A stretch of DNA of 63,763 nucleotides, the filler included, from Octopus bimaculoides (Eukaryota), in the NCBI RefSeq assembly GCF_001194135.2. It is 8 parts of 7 records of this genome, joined end to end, with 100 filler letters (N's around TTAATTAATTAA, not from the genome) between each part and the next. Parts side by side here need not be neighbours in the genome. Positions count along the whole stretch, not along the records: positions 1 to 14,139 come from NC_068997.1; 7 more parts are not named here. One strand, given 5' to 3'. Numbering within the stretch: position 1 is the stretch's first letter; each line of letters opens with the position of its first letter. Shown here one piece after another: positions 1-13,555 of the stretch. The notes beneath the pieces are model-generated. The model did no database searches and had not been told where the DNA came from. It saw nothing but the letters and a program-made list of their open reading frames with translations. Both the position numbers and the translations under genes were made by a program.

Positions 1-51
<51 letters not shown>

Positions 52-690
52 TATACACATACATATATACATGTACACATACACACATATACACATACAT
101 GCATATACATAACCATATATATATATATATATATATAATCACACACATACATACCCATACATACATACATACACACATACGATTTTAGCTAGAAACCCTC
201 ACATGCAAAATGGCTGATAACACTATAATTTCTATACACAAGTTCATTATTGAAGCCACCAACACTAAACAACATATATAAAACATTAACCACATTATAT
301 ACACATTAGCCCACATTATGCACACATTATCACCCAACGGTATATAATTTTGGCAAAGATTTGTATTGCACATACATTTTTTTTTATATATTAATATGTC
401 TAACAGCATCACATTACACACACACACACTCCAGTGTATTGTAATTCCTACACATAACATTGTTTGCAATGCCGCGAGTTCATCATTCTATAAAGCCATA
501 ATTTTAATATTGTATTTATGCCCGGGGAAGGTTACGACTCATAAACACACATCACATTAGTATGAAGTTAACCGATACCACTTGGAATTCTAGATACAAC
601 GTTACATACATACACGCACACATAAATACGTTGATGCAAACACATATATTATACATACATAACACCTGCATGTATTATATATATAATATA

Positions 691-726
<36 letters not shown>

Positions 727-1107
727 TGTATTTGTATATATATATATTCTTCTATATGTAGTACCACAAGTGGCATCAGGTAACACCATACCATATATAT
801 ATATACATATATATATATAGAGAGATATATGTGTGTATAATACAAACACATGGACACACATACACACAAACATATAAGTACAGGTTTTAGCATTTGGTCA
901 TTCTCTAGTCATGCTGGCTCATTATGTACATATAGATATACACGCACAGTCGCACAAACACATTTACATCCACAAATATTTCCATACTCTCCTGTAAATA
1001 TATATGCTGGCAATAATTCTGCATAGATAACAGTCTCATTATTCCTGATTGGCAGAGAAAGTTGCTAAGTTCACACCTCCAATTTATGATCCCTTCTTTA
1101 TTTATAT

Positions 1108-1143
<36 letters not shown>

Positions 1144-1284
1144 GTACATAAAACCTTGTGAATAGACTTGTAAGGTAGAAAACTGTTGACTAACACTTTC
1201 ACCTCAGAACTGTTGGTCTTGTGTTTGAGATGCTAGAATTGTCAGCATGTTAAGACAAAATCTTAAGTGGAATTTCTTCTAATT

Positions 1285-2360
1285 CTTAATGTTCTGAATT
1301 CAAATGCTACCTAGACTGACTTTGCTTTTCAATCTTTCAGGATTGATAAAAATAGAGGACCGGTCAAGTACTGGGGCTGATGCAAATGACTTGCCTTTCC
1401 TGTAAAAGTTGCAGGCCTTGGTGCCAAAAATTAGAAAGAATTATTACGCTGAGCAAAATGCTGCTTAGCATTTTGTCTGCTTTCACATTCTGAGTTCAAA
1501 TTTCACCAAGGTCAACTGTGCCTTTTATCCTTTCAGGGTTGATAAAATAAAGTATGAGTTAATAAAATAAAAGATGCTGGTCTTTGTGCTAAAATTAGAA
1601 AGAATTATTCATCATCATCATCATTTAGTATCTGCCTTCTATGCTGACATGGGTTAGACATTTGACTGAAAACTGGTAAGCTGGGGGGCTGCACCAAGTT
1701 CCAGTCTGATTTGGCATGGTTTCTATGGCTGGACGCCCTTCCTAACGCCAACCACTGCTATTGGCATGGGTGCCAGTTACATGACACCAGCAACGGCCAT
1801 GACTATGATTTCACTTGGCTTGACGAGTCTTCTCAAGCACAGCATATCGTCAAAGGTCTCGGTCAATTGTCATTGCTTCCATGAAGCCCAACGTTTGAAG
1901 ATCATGCTTCACCACCTTGTGCCATGTCTTCCTAGGTCTACCTCTTCCACAGGTTCCCTCCACAGCTAGAGATCAGCATTATGCCAGACAAAATGCTGCT
2001 CAAGCATTTTGTCTGTCTTCATGTTCTGAGTTCAAATTTTGTTCAGGTCGACTTTGCCTTTCATCTTTTCAGGCTTGATAGAATAAAGTACAAATATTCA
2101 GGTAGATACAATTGACTTGTCTTTTTTCTAAAAGTTGCTGGCCTAGGTGCCAAACTTAGAAAGAATTATTATGCCAGACAAAATGTTGCTAAGCATTTTG
2201 TCCACCTTCACATTCAAAGTTCAAATTGTGCTGAGGTCAACTTTGCCTTTGATCCTTTCAGTGTAGGTAAAATAAGTACCAGGCAAGTACTGTGATTGAT
2301 GTAATCAACTTCCCCACCCCCTCAAAAATTGCTGGTCCTCTGCCAGAATTTGAAACCATT
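1285..2360 (+). mobile_element. Head-to-tail array of about 4 short Meta-domain-like SINE units, interrupted by an RTE 3' end
   Basis: Repeated TCTGAGTTCAAAT..GGTCAACTTTGCCTTTCATCCTTTCAGG..GATAAAATAAGTAC, each unit ending GAAAGAATTATT or GAAACCATTATT. Confidence 0.7.
1612..1975 (-). mobile_element. RTE 3' end/3' UTR copy
   Basis: Minus strand reads VEGTCGRGRPRKTW, then GGCGTTAGGAAGGGCGTCCAGC and a (GAT)n tail. Confidence 0.75.
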
Positions 2361-2390
2361 ATTATTATTATTATTATTGATATTATTATG

Positions 2391-2572
2391 GAGGAGTGGC
2401 TGTGTGGTAAGTAGCTTGTTTACCAACCACATGGTCCTGGGTTCAGTCCCATTGCGTGGCACCTTGGGCAAGTATCTTCTACTATAGCCTCGGGCCGACC
2501 AAAGCCTTGTGAGTGGATTTGGTAGACAGAAACTGGAAGAAGCCCATTGTATATGTATATATATATATGCGC

Positions 2573-2603
<31 letters not shown>

Positions 2604-2818
2604 TGTTTGTGTGTCTGTTTGTCCCCCCCCCCCCAGCATTGCTTGACAACCGATGCTGGTGTGTTTACGTCCCCATAACTTAGCGGTCCGGCAAAAGAGA
2701 CCGATAGAATAAGTACTAGGCTTACAAAGAATAAGCTCTGGGGTCGATTTGCTCGACTATAAAGGCGGTGCTCCAGCATGGCTGTAGTCACATGACTGAA
2801 ACAAGTAAAGTAAAGAGT
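2391..2818 (+). mobile_element. tRNA-headed SINE, full length
   Basis: A-box/B-box-like head (TGGCTGTGTGG..GGTTCAGTCCC), CACCTTGGGCAAGT core, internal (TG)n and GAAACAAGTAAAG tail. Many copies in the window. Confidence 0.8.
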
Positions 2819-3102
2819 ATTATTATTACTAATAACCAAGGTTAACTTTGCCTTTCATTATGCAATACTTATAAATGAGTGCCACAGTCATAAAAGCAGT
2901 GTCCCTCATTTCCAGACTCCTGCAAAAAAGATGTCTGGCCATGGAGAATTATTACCTTGCATGGAGATTGGCAACAGGAAGAGCAACTAGCAGTAGAAAG
3001 TCTGCTTGAACATATTCTTGTCTGATCCATGCCAGCATGGAAAAGTGTACGTTAAAACGATGATGAAATTGATGATAACGAGGTTGTGGATGATGATAAG
3101 TT

Positions 3103-3385
3103 GCTTACTAGAGTTTGAATGCATATTAGTAAATACACCTGAACAGCCCCTAGCTTATTACTGGTGTTTGAATTCATATCAGTGGATAACCCTTGAACTG
3201 CCCCTTGTGTATTACTGGGGTTTGGACATATATCAGTGAATACCCTAGGACTGACTGTAGTATATTACTAGAGTTTGAACTTATATCAGAGAATACCCAT
3301 GAACTACCTCTGGTATATTACTGGAGTTTGAACTCACAGTAGTATATTACAAGAGCTTGAATTTATATCAGAGGATAGCTCTAAA
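3103..3385 (+). repeat. Degenerate minisatellite of about 53 bp, about 5 units
   Basis: Recurrent TATTACT(G/A)GAGTTTGAA(C/T)T(T/C)ATATCAG..TACCC..GAAC units. Confidence 0.75.
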
Positions 3386-4208
3386 CCATAAGCTAGCAAG
3401 CTATTAGCTGCAGGTAGCAATCCAAAAATTGCATTGAATGAAGGGGAAAGAAAATGTCTTTGATTTCATTTTAATAACAATGTAGTGAAGTTATAATTAT
3501 TGATCTGCTAAAATCTATCAAATTATTATCTTGCTAGGAATGCATTGTTTATTTATTTTTTTCCCATTTATTTCTTAGAGGTGTGATTTTTTTTTGAGAG
3601 AGAGAGTTAGGGGTAGAGAAAGAAAGACTAATGGGGAAATTTTTTTTTTTTAACGCTTATTTTTTTTTTAACAGAAAGTTTTTAATAAACAATTAAATTA
3701 TCATCACACATTATATCAAATTGAAGGTTATTATTATTACAGTAAGTGCAATCAATTCCACTGATTAGCAGATATGGTACTGAAGTGTTTGATCCATGGA
3801 ACTAAAGTTGCACTAGAGTAATTCTTATACTTGCACTCAGATTCTGTTCATGCACTCAAACCACAACTTTAAGCAAAGACATGTGCAGTAACTCAAGTTT
3901 CAAAGCAACTGTCTGCAACAGATGGCCAAACAGGCATTACCATCCACAATGAATGGTGCCACATTAAAAGCATTGGTGCTGGTATCATATAAAAAGCACC
4001 CAGTACACTCTGTGGAGTGGTTGGCATTAAGAAGGGCATCCAGCTGCAGAACTCATGCCAGAACAGACAATGGAGCCTGGTGCGGCCCCTGGCTTTACCA
4101 GCTCCAGTCAAACTGTCCAACCCATGCCAGCATGGAAAATGGACATTAAATGATGATGATGATATGCTGTAGCTATCACGAACAGCTAATGGCTTACATA
4201 CATATATA

Positions 4209-4430
4209 TAGGACGGGTGCTGAAAAGTTCCTGGCTTTGGGTAAAAGAAAATACAGGAGGCTCAGTTAATTACGATTTTATTCAACATATTCCCCTTTCA
4301 GATTCACACACTTGTTGCAGCGGTCCTTCAGTTTATCTAAGCCATGTAAAAGAACTCAGAAGATTGGGCCTCCAACCAGGCCTTTTGTGGTACCCTTAAA
4401 GTCAGGAACTTTTCAGCACCCCCTCGTGTA
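4209..4430 (+). mobile_element. Mariner-derived MITE (about 220 bp)
   Basis: Imperfect TIRs GGACGGGTGCTGAAAAGTTCCTGGCTTT ... AAAGTCAGGAACTTTTCAGCACCCCCTCG in a TA context. Related copies at 8440-8637 and 41483-41693. Confidence 0.8.
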
Positions 4431-5404
4431 TAGATATATACACAAACACACATACATACACATGCATGCACACAAACACATGCACATACATACAAATAGT
4501 AGCCATTCTCCCTTGCATATAGACACACTAATACTCACACACACACACACACACATACATATACAAACACACATTTCCTCAGCCACCTACCCACATTTCC
4601 AAACACGATGATGCACACACATACAGATTCACACAAACAAACACACATAACTAATGCTCATACACAAACACAGACACACATAGCATACTGACACAAAAAA
4701 ATATCACATGTCAACCAGTCCTACTGCTCTGCGCTCCACCCCTCCTCCCTAATTCACATATAGTTAGATATTCCAACATCCACCCCCACTGCCATCTCCC
4801 TCACACACAATGCTGGCCACTAATCCTATCTCTTTCTCTCAATTCACAGACAGATAACTACATACATATACACAAATACATGTCCACACATACAAACATA
4901 AATACATACACACACACACAGAGTATTGCTTATCCAGGTTCCTTCCACCCTCCTCTCTCATGTAGACATCCATTTTCATACACACACACACACACACAAA
5001 CAAATAAGCACACATCTATCTCACATTCAACACACATACACATCCCATCTACACAGGGCCAGCTGACGGCACTGGGGAGTCAGGCATCTGCTTACAGCAT
5101 CCTATCACATGTTTCAGGATCTTCGAAATAAAAAAATTCAAAGACAGAAAAAGAAAAACAACAAAAAAATAAAAATAGATAAAACAAAACCTATATTTAA
5201 TAAATTCTAATAAACACGTCATTCCTGCATCTGTAGGGTTAATTCGTGAAAAAAAAAAAAAAAATCCTTGAAAGTCAAATTGCTTTGGGGGCACCAGCAA
5301 CTTGTGAGTTGGCCCTGCATACACATATGTATGCACTCCAAAACATGCAAACAGACTTACATGCACACACGCAGAAATTAGTTGCACTTGTAGAGGCCTA
5401 GATT

Positions 5405-5858
5405 TGGCTGTGTGGTTAAGAAGTTTGCTTCCTAACCATAAGGTTTTGGGTTCAGTCCCATCACACATCACCTTGGCTAAGTGCCTTCTGCAATAATTCT
5501 GGACCAACCAATGCATTGAGAGACAATTTGGTAGACAGAAACTACGTGAAGGCACATTGTGTGTTGTGTGTATGTGTGTGTGTTGATGTATATTAGTGTG
5601 TGTGTGTTTATGTGTATATATATGTGTATTTTGTGCCTATATAAGTGTGTATGTGTGAGTGCTTGTCTTCGTGTTTGTCCTGCCACTACTTAGCAACTGG
5701 TGTTGGTTTGTTTATGTTCACATAGGTTATTGGTTTGACAAAATGAGCCTCATAGTATAAGTACTAACTAAATAACTTGAAATAAGTACTGAAATCAATT
5801 TGAGGCAGTGCCCCAGTATGGCCACAGTCAATGATGATAGCAAGTAAAAGGATAAAAG
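5405..5858 (+). mobile_element. tRNA-headed SINE, CpG-decayed
   Basis: Homologous to 2391-2818. Confidence 0.7.
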
Positions 5859-6949
5859 TGTGAGAAATGTGCAAACACACAAACACACACTAATACAGGA
5901 GAGTTAGATATACATCCCAAAACACACATATACACATTATCAAATCTAAATCAACACATATACATAGATACACTTCTAAAGACACACACACACATATACA
6001 CACTAATATAGACACAATCAAATACACACAAACATTCACATTACTAATATAGACAAACAAATACATAGCTACATATAAACACAACCAAATATAGATGCAC
6101 ACACACACACACTGATATATACACAAATATACATACACACACACACACACAACCAAATATACATCCAGACACATACACACATACACAAAAATACACTTCT
6201 ACACACACACACGCTTGAATATACATCCACTCACACACACATACATGCATACACAATCCCAAACACATACATGCATATACAATCCCAAACACATACACAC
6301 GCCTAACATCTTAAGAATAAGAAAGCTGTAAAGTCTTAAGTGTTTAGTAATGAAGGTTTGACAAAAAGCTTTGACAACTGTAAACAGCAAAAACATCACC
6401 GTCACACACACACACAACACACACACACACACACACCCACAGACTCTGTGACTCTCTCCTACTTCTCCAGCTATCAACTCTTTTAATCCATACTGCACTA
6501 TTGCTGTTGTGACTGCACACCCTGTCTGCTGGTGATGGCGGAGGAGAAGAAGTGCAGTTGCTGCAATTACTGCACTGAAGTAACATAATCACTGAGTCAG
6601 TCAAAAACTGCCTGCTGCGATACATCACATGCAAAACAACAACAAGAACAGCAACAACAACAAGCAAAATCAAACGAAACAAAATCAGACAAACAAAAAA
6701 CACAAACAGAAAAAAAAAAACAGGTACAAGTGGAAGGAAACACCTAGATTTTTGTATTGATTTCAGTGCAGTGAGGGTTACTGGTTGCACATATCACTGC
6801 ACAGAGTTCACTGCAAGAGCCAACAAGGAAGTCTAAATCATTTGATTGACCTGCTGGAAATAGCAACTAAATATCGCTCATATCACATTCTAGTGTTGAA
6901 AAAAAAAAAAAAAATGGAGGAACATTTGATAGAATAATCTGAACACTAA

Positions 6950-7285
6950 AGGGCTCAGTGGTTAGAGCACTGAGCTTACGATCATGAGGTTGTGAGTTCG
7001 ATTCCCAGACTGGGCTACGTGTTGTGTTCTTGAGCAAGACACTTTATTTCATGTTGTTCCAGTTAACTCAGCTGTAGAAATGAGTTGCAATGTCACTGGT
7101 GCCAAGCTGTATCGGCCTTTGCCTTTCCCTTGGATAACATCAGTGGTGTTGAGAGGGGAGGCTGGTATGCATGGGCGACTGCTGGTTATCCATAAACAAG
7201 CTTGCCGGACTTGTGCCTTGGAGGGTAACTTTCTTGGTGAAATCCTGTGGTCATTCATGACTGAAGGGGGTCTCGTAAGGGGTTA
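6950..7285 (+). mobile_element. tRNA-headed SINE with CORE/Deu-like central domain
   Basis: TCAGTGGTTAGAGCACTG..GAGTTCGATTCCC head, followed by CTTGAGCAAGACACTTTATTTC and CAGTTAACTCAGCTGTAGAAATGAG. Confidence 0.6.
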
Positions 7286-8439
7286 AAGACTAGTACTTAC
7301 TCTATTGGCCTCCATTGCCAAACCGTTAATTGATAGGGATATAAACAAACCAACCTCGGTGGTCAAGCAGTGGAGGGAGGACAAACACAAAGACACACAC
7401 ACACATACACACACACACACACATCCATGATAGGTTTTCACACAATTTCCATCAACAAAATTCACTCACAAGGCATTGGTCAACCCAGAGATATACTAAA
7501 AGATACTTGCCCACAGTGGGACTGAACCTGAAACCACATGGTTGCAAAACGAGGTTCTTAACCATACAGTTACACTTGTACCTGTGTTCTTCAATGTTTT
7601 TATTGGGAAAAAAAAACCCCAAAAAACTTTCATAATGATATGATTATAACTAAAAGATTTATCAATAAGTTCAATAGATTGATTTGCTATAGAATTATTT
7701 AGATAATTCAGTCAATAAAAGCTGGAAGCTCTCCGGTGTCAGGAGGACTGTAGCATTAATCTATTCATAGGTTTTGTATACTGTGTATACTTTTTATTTC
7801 ACTTCTGTCCTTCCTTATTTGATTTTACGTAAAACACCACACATTGTAACATTGTAATCAGGTTTTGCAATGTCCCCTTCATTCAACACTCTTGTGGTAT
7901 ACAATTGAAATCATCACCGTTATTATTAGAATGGCAAAATTGTTAGAAAAGAAAGTGCTTTATGGTATTTGTTCCCAGTCAGTAGGTTCTGAGTTCAAAT
8001 TCCACTGAGGTTAACTTTGATTTACATTCTATCGGGGGTCTATAAGATAAGTACCAGTCGCATACTGGGGTTGATAGAATCACCTTGTCCCCTTCCTGCA
8101 AAATCGCTGGTATTGCGCCAAAATTAGAATTTAAAAAGGTGAAGAACTGGCAGAATTGTTAGTCTGTTGGACAAAATGTTTAGCAACATTTCTTCTGGCT
8201 CAATTTGTTCTGGGTTCAAAACTCACCTGGCCTCTTTAGAGTGTAAGAAGTTAAGGGCCAAAACACTTGCCTCAGTGGGGTTTCTTCTCTGAAGACCTGC
8301 TGTTCAGCTCTCTTGAGAGTTTCTTACAACTAGCTTTGAGATTTTGATGATGTGATTGTTTATTTTTAGAATGACACTGTAGAGTCGGAAGAGAGGCTGG
8401 ATCTGGCCAGTGTGAATATAGAACAGGTAGAATATTTGG

Positions 8440-8637
8440 GTTGAAAAGTTCCTGGCTTTGGGTAAAAGAAAATTCCAGAGGATCTGTTAATTATTGAACA
8501 TATTCCCCTTTCAGGTTCACACATGTATTACAGCAGTCCTTCAGTTTTTCTAATCCCTGTAAAAGAACTCAGAAGGTTGAGCCTTTGCAATACCCTTAAA
8601 GCCAGGAACTTTCCAGCATTTTCAGCACCCACTCGTA
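8440..8637 (+). mobile_element. Mariner-derived MITE, second copy (left TIR clipped)
   Basis: TGAAAAGTTCCTGGCTTTGGGTAAAAGAAAA ... CCCTTAAAGCCAGGAACTT..CAGCACCCACTCGTA, homologous to 4209-4430. Confidence 0.75.
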
Positions 8638-8959
8638 GATGCTAAAATGCAAAAGGGTTAGGAAAAAAACCTCTGAAAGGGCCAAAGAAACAATAAAAGC
8701 TTCTTCACAGAGAAGCCAACAGCCGACCACCATACCTGGAGAAGAGGCAGGGACAGACGCCAACCACCAGGATTATTAATCTGTCCATTGAATAACAAAA
8801 TGTCTTATTATGCACCTACAGCCATCTTCTTACGTTATAGATTTTGGATCAGTAAGTAATTATCATGCTAAATCTTTATCCTCTTCCTTCTCAATTTTGT
8901 AAATATTTAATTATAAGCATAATTATTATTCTCTTTCACTTCCTTCCTTGTCACCGCCA

Positions 8960-9145
8960 CTGACACCACCACCACCACCACCACCACCACCACCATTGCT
9001 ATTACAAATCACTAATAAGTCTTACTATGTACAAGTAATTTATGTATATTTTTTTTTTGTATATTAATATATAAACATGTGTTTGATTGTTGTTATTGTC
9101 GCTCTTCTTTTTCTCCATCATTATATCCAATTACTCAAATATGTA

Positions 9146-9184
<39 letters not shown>

Positions 9185-9718
9185 GCTGCTGCTGCTATCA
9201 CCTCCACTATCTTTATTCTCATTGTTATTACTATATCAATTATTACCGTCATCGTTGTCGTCATCATCATCAAATACGCTAATAAATAAATTTCAAAGAA
9301 ACTATTATAGTTCCTATTCTAATTACCCTCCCATTCTTCCCCCTCCACCCTCCTCGCTGCCATTATCATCATCATAATAATTATAATTATAACAGTAATT
9401 ATTATTATTATTATTATTATTAATAGTGCCACGGTTACGATGATGATGATCATCATCATCATGATCATCATAATCATTTCTATTATAACACTTTGGTGCT
9501 GGCAAAAATTTGTGGCCCTTTGCCAAATTTAGAAATCATCATCATCATCCTCATCATTTCATTGTCTTCATCATCATCATCAGCAGCAACAGCTGTTGCA
9601 TTATTCTCATCTTTGTTTTTATGATTACTTCTTTTTTTATTTTAATTATTGATATTTTACCATCATCAGCATCACCATCATCATTTTTTTCACAAAGAAA
9701 CAAAAACTGTTGCTGTTA

Positions 9719-9749
<31 letters not shown>

Positions 9750-9900
9750 ACCATGGCTATTATCTTTTTTTTTTTTTCTAATATGATATAATGCAAGAAG
9801 ACGATCAAGTAAAAATAAAGTCCAAATAGACCTGCTAATATGGAAAAAAAACACAAATAACAAATAACAACCACAGCAACAACAACAAAAAACCAAGCAA
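8960..9900. repeat. Compound trinucleotide microsatellite field (CAC, TAC, TGC, CAT, TTA, CAA)
   Basis: Directly visible in the sequence. Confidence 0.9.
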
Positions 9901-11121
9901 ATATAAATAATAATAATTCCAGTAAAAGAAACCAATAAAAGAGATTGCTACACATGGAAGATAATGGAATGCTTTCATGACATTAATTAGTGGTTAGCAC
10001 ATTTTAAATGGACTTGAAAGCAAAAATGCTAGCTTACAGAGGAAACTTGTATTAATTGCTTCCAGTCTACTGAAACACACACACGTACCATATCAATTTG
10101 CATGTATATATATGCATTATTATAGACTAAATCAAGTGCTTTGGTTGGTTGATTGGTAAGACAGAGAGAGGGGGGCAGGGGAGAAGGTGGGGAGAGAGAG
10201 AAGTGGGGGTAGTGGTGGTAGCAGAGAGGGTTATGGTGCACAGTTGAGTGCTGTGTAGTTAAGCTGTCTGGTTCGTAATCATATGGTACTGTGTTCGATC
10301 TCCACCCCCACCCCACATTGCTGTGGAATATCTTGTAGGAATATCTTCTCTGCTGTAGACTCCCACACACCACCACCACCGCCACTGCTGCTGCTGCTGG
10401 TGGGCCAACTTTTGCTTTACGAGTGAATTTGGTAGGTGGAAACTGTGTGGAAGTCGGTCGTATATATGTGTGTGTGTGTGGTAGACGGAAACTGAAAGAA
10501 GCCCGTCGTATATATGTATGTGTGCTTGTGTGTCTGTGTTTGTCCCCCCATCGTCGCTTGACAACCAATGCTGGTGTGCTTACGTCCCTGTAACTTAGTG
10601 GTTCACAGGGTTAACTTCCCAACTGTTGCTGGAACTCATTTATAGCTGAATGGACTGGAGTAATGTGAAGTAAAGAGTCTTGCTCAAGGACACAATACAC
10701 CAATTGGTCTGGGGATTGACATCACAGTTGTAAGATTGCAAGTGCAACACCCTGACCACTAGGCCACCAGGTGAAGTGGCGTGCATCACATCCTTTATTT
10801 CTAAGCCCTTCTTTTACTTTTTTCAGCCTTTTAAACTGTGGCCATGCTGGGGCATTGACTTCAAGGATTATAGTCAAATGAATCCACTTCAGTACCTATT
10901 CTTTTAAGCCTGGTACTTGTTCTATCAGACCCTATTGTCAAACAGCTAAGTTACAGGGATGTAAACACACCAACACCAGTCGTCAAGCGATGGTGGAGTA
11001 CAAACACAGACATAAAGACACATACGAGAGTGACAAATGTTTCATTATCATGTAGTTCATGGTTCAAACCTGTGTGGGACAGAGCTTGGAATACATTTTG
11101 ATCATTTGTATCTAAAGAAGG

Positions 11122-11500
11122 TGGAGGCGCAATGGCCCAGTGGTTAGGGCAGCGGATTTGCGATCATAGGACCACGGTTTCGATTCTCAGACTGGGTGTT
11201 GTGAATGTTTATTGAGCGAAAACACCTAAAAGCTCCACGAGGCTCCGGCAGGGTGTAGTGGCTAACCTTGCTGTACTCTTTCACCACAACATTCTCTCAC
11301 TCTTTCTTCCTGTTGTGCCTGTAATTCAAAGGGTCGGCCCTGTCACACTGTGTCACGCTGAATATCTTCGAGAACTACGTTAAGGGTACACGTGTCTGTG
11401 GAGTGCTCAGCCACTTGCACGTTAATTTCACGAGCAGGCTGTTCCGTTGATCGGATTAACTGGAACCCTCGATGTCGTAAGCGATGGAGTGCCAACAATT
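11122..11500 (+). mobile_element. Second tRNA-headed SINE family (Nin/Deu-like body), CpG-rich
   Basis: GGCGCAATGGCCCAGTGGTTAGGGCAGCGG..GGTTTCGATTC head. Superfamily assignment is from recollection only. Confidence 0.6.
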
Positions 11501-12123
11501 TAAAGAAGGGAGACATAAGACGAGAGTTACTTTTCTTTTTGACTGCTAAACATCAGAGAATCTGGAATATATTCCCTGGGTCATCGTGACATGTTCTCTT
11601 AACAATAGTAAATAGAATAACTACATGAATACGGAAACACACACACAGACGCGTACATGCACATATACACAGAGAGGAATGAATAAATAAATCTGATGTA
11701 TCATTTGCATTATATGAAGGATGAGATTAAAGAAGGAAGAAAAACCCACAGTTACTTTCTACGAGTATTAGTTTCTAGAAATATCTCTTTTTAGTTTTAA
11801 TCTCGTGTAAATTTAGATATATTTTGAATGATGAGATATTTTGGAAATATTTTCAATAGTGTGTGTGCGTGTATATGTAAGTATATGTGTTTGTGTTTGA
11901 ATGTATATATATATATGTATATATATGCCTACATATACGTACTCACATACTACATACACACATACATATGTATATAATATATACACATATGTACATATAC
12001 CTTTGTATATGTACATATATATACACATGCCTATATATATATATATACATATGTACATGTACATATACCTACATATACCTACATATACATACATGTGCAT
12101 ACATCTATATACATATACTTATT

Positions 12124-12166
<43 letters not shown>

Positions 12167-12689
12167 GATAGCAATACCTTCAATTATATATATATATATA
12201 TATAAGATAAGATAGGGAATATCAAATTTAAAGATATTTCCAATGATATACGATATGATAAAGAGAATATCAAATGATTTCTCTTAGCTTCTCCAATTAT
12301 TTTACAGCCACCAATCTTGGTACTAATGCATATTCTATTCCCAGTTGAGGCACTGAGATGGCTCGAAAAAATATTACCATAACATAATGCAAACCCAGAA
12401 AGGGGAATGGGAAAGTAGGACCTTTATGGTTTCCCCATAAAGGTAAGTGCAATAAAAGGTTTCTAAACTAGTAAATGATAAACGAGGGGACTGACTGATT
12501 TTATGCAGATCTTTGAACTGTAATGTTACAAAAAAAAAAAAGGTAACTGATGTATTGTGGTTTATTGAGCAATGTTATGTATTTTTTGAATCACAAAATA
12601 AGCACAAGCACAAATACCCCTCCCTCCCTCTCTGTCAATCTATCTATACATACATACATATTAATATACACACACACACACACATATAT

Positions 12690-12920
12690 ATCATCATCAT
12701 CATCATCATCGTTTAACGTCCGCTTTCCATGCTAGCATGGGTTGGACGATTTGACTGAGGACTGGTGAAACCGGATGGCAACANNNNNNNNNNTGACTGA
12801 GGACTGGTGAAACCGGATGGCAACACCAGGCTCCAGTCTGATTTGGCAGAGTTTCTACAGCTGGATGCCCTTCCTAACGCCAACCACTCAGAGAGTGTAG
12901 TGGGTGCTTTTACGTGTCAC
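12690..12920 (-). mobile_element. Young RTE 3' UTR copy
   Basis: Near-identical to 23460-23630; (CAT)n tail on the plus strand. Confidence 0.75.
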
Positions 12921-13077
12921 CCATATATATATATATATAGATAGATATACATATGAGCCAGTGCTACATAAACGACAGCTGCGCTGGTGTTGTGTAAATG
13001 CGCCCAGGGTGGTGACATGTAAAACTCTAAAACTAAACTACCCAGTTACTTCTACACTTCTATACCCGACACTGCGA

Positions 13078-13519
13078 CCACCACCACCACCACCACCACC
13101 ATCATCACCACTACCACCACTATCACCACAGCAGCACCTGCAATAGCCACTGTTGCTTTCATCGTTAGCATGGATGGATGTAATGCAGGTCATAAGATCT
13201 ACTTGACTGGTACTGAGCTAAGCTCAACAATCACCACCACCACCACCACCACCACCACCACTACCACCATCACCGCTGCTGCCACTGTGAACATCACCAA
13301 CACTGTCACAGCATCCACCACTTCTATTGCAGTAGCAACCACCACCAGTACCATAGCAGGGCTTCCTGTATCCCCCACCATCAGCAACAGTGTCATCATT
13401 AACCACTACCACCATCACTACCACCTCTAACACCATACCAGCAGTAGCAGCAGCTGCCGCCAGCACTATCTCACCACCACCACCACCACCACCATCACCA
13501 CCACCACCAACAACAACAA

Positions 13520-13551
<32 letters not shown>

Positions 13552-13555
13552 CTGC
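13078..13555. repeat. Degenerate (CCA)/(CAG)/(CAA) microsatellite field
   Basis: Directly visible in the sequence. Confidence 0.85.

Noticed and set aside
8822-8851. PSSYVIDFGS followed by gtaagt, resembling a kinase DFG segment
   Set aside because: Only 30 nt, no other kinase exons seen, weak acceptor; probably chance.
11122-11200. tRNA-like sequences (also at 2391, 6950, 13870, 23290 and 52905)
   Set aside because: These are SINE heads without an acceptor stem, continuing into SINE bodies; not tRNA genes.
12755-12771. CTGAGGA-CTGGT-GAAAC hammerhead-like core in an RTE 3' UTR
   Set aside because: Stem II cannot form properly and stems I and III are not evident.
12773-12830. Short direct duplications flanking 10-N gaps (also at about 59200, 59525, 60045, 62320 and 63195)
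   Set aside because: Unmerged contig overlaps, not true tandem duplications.
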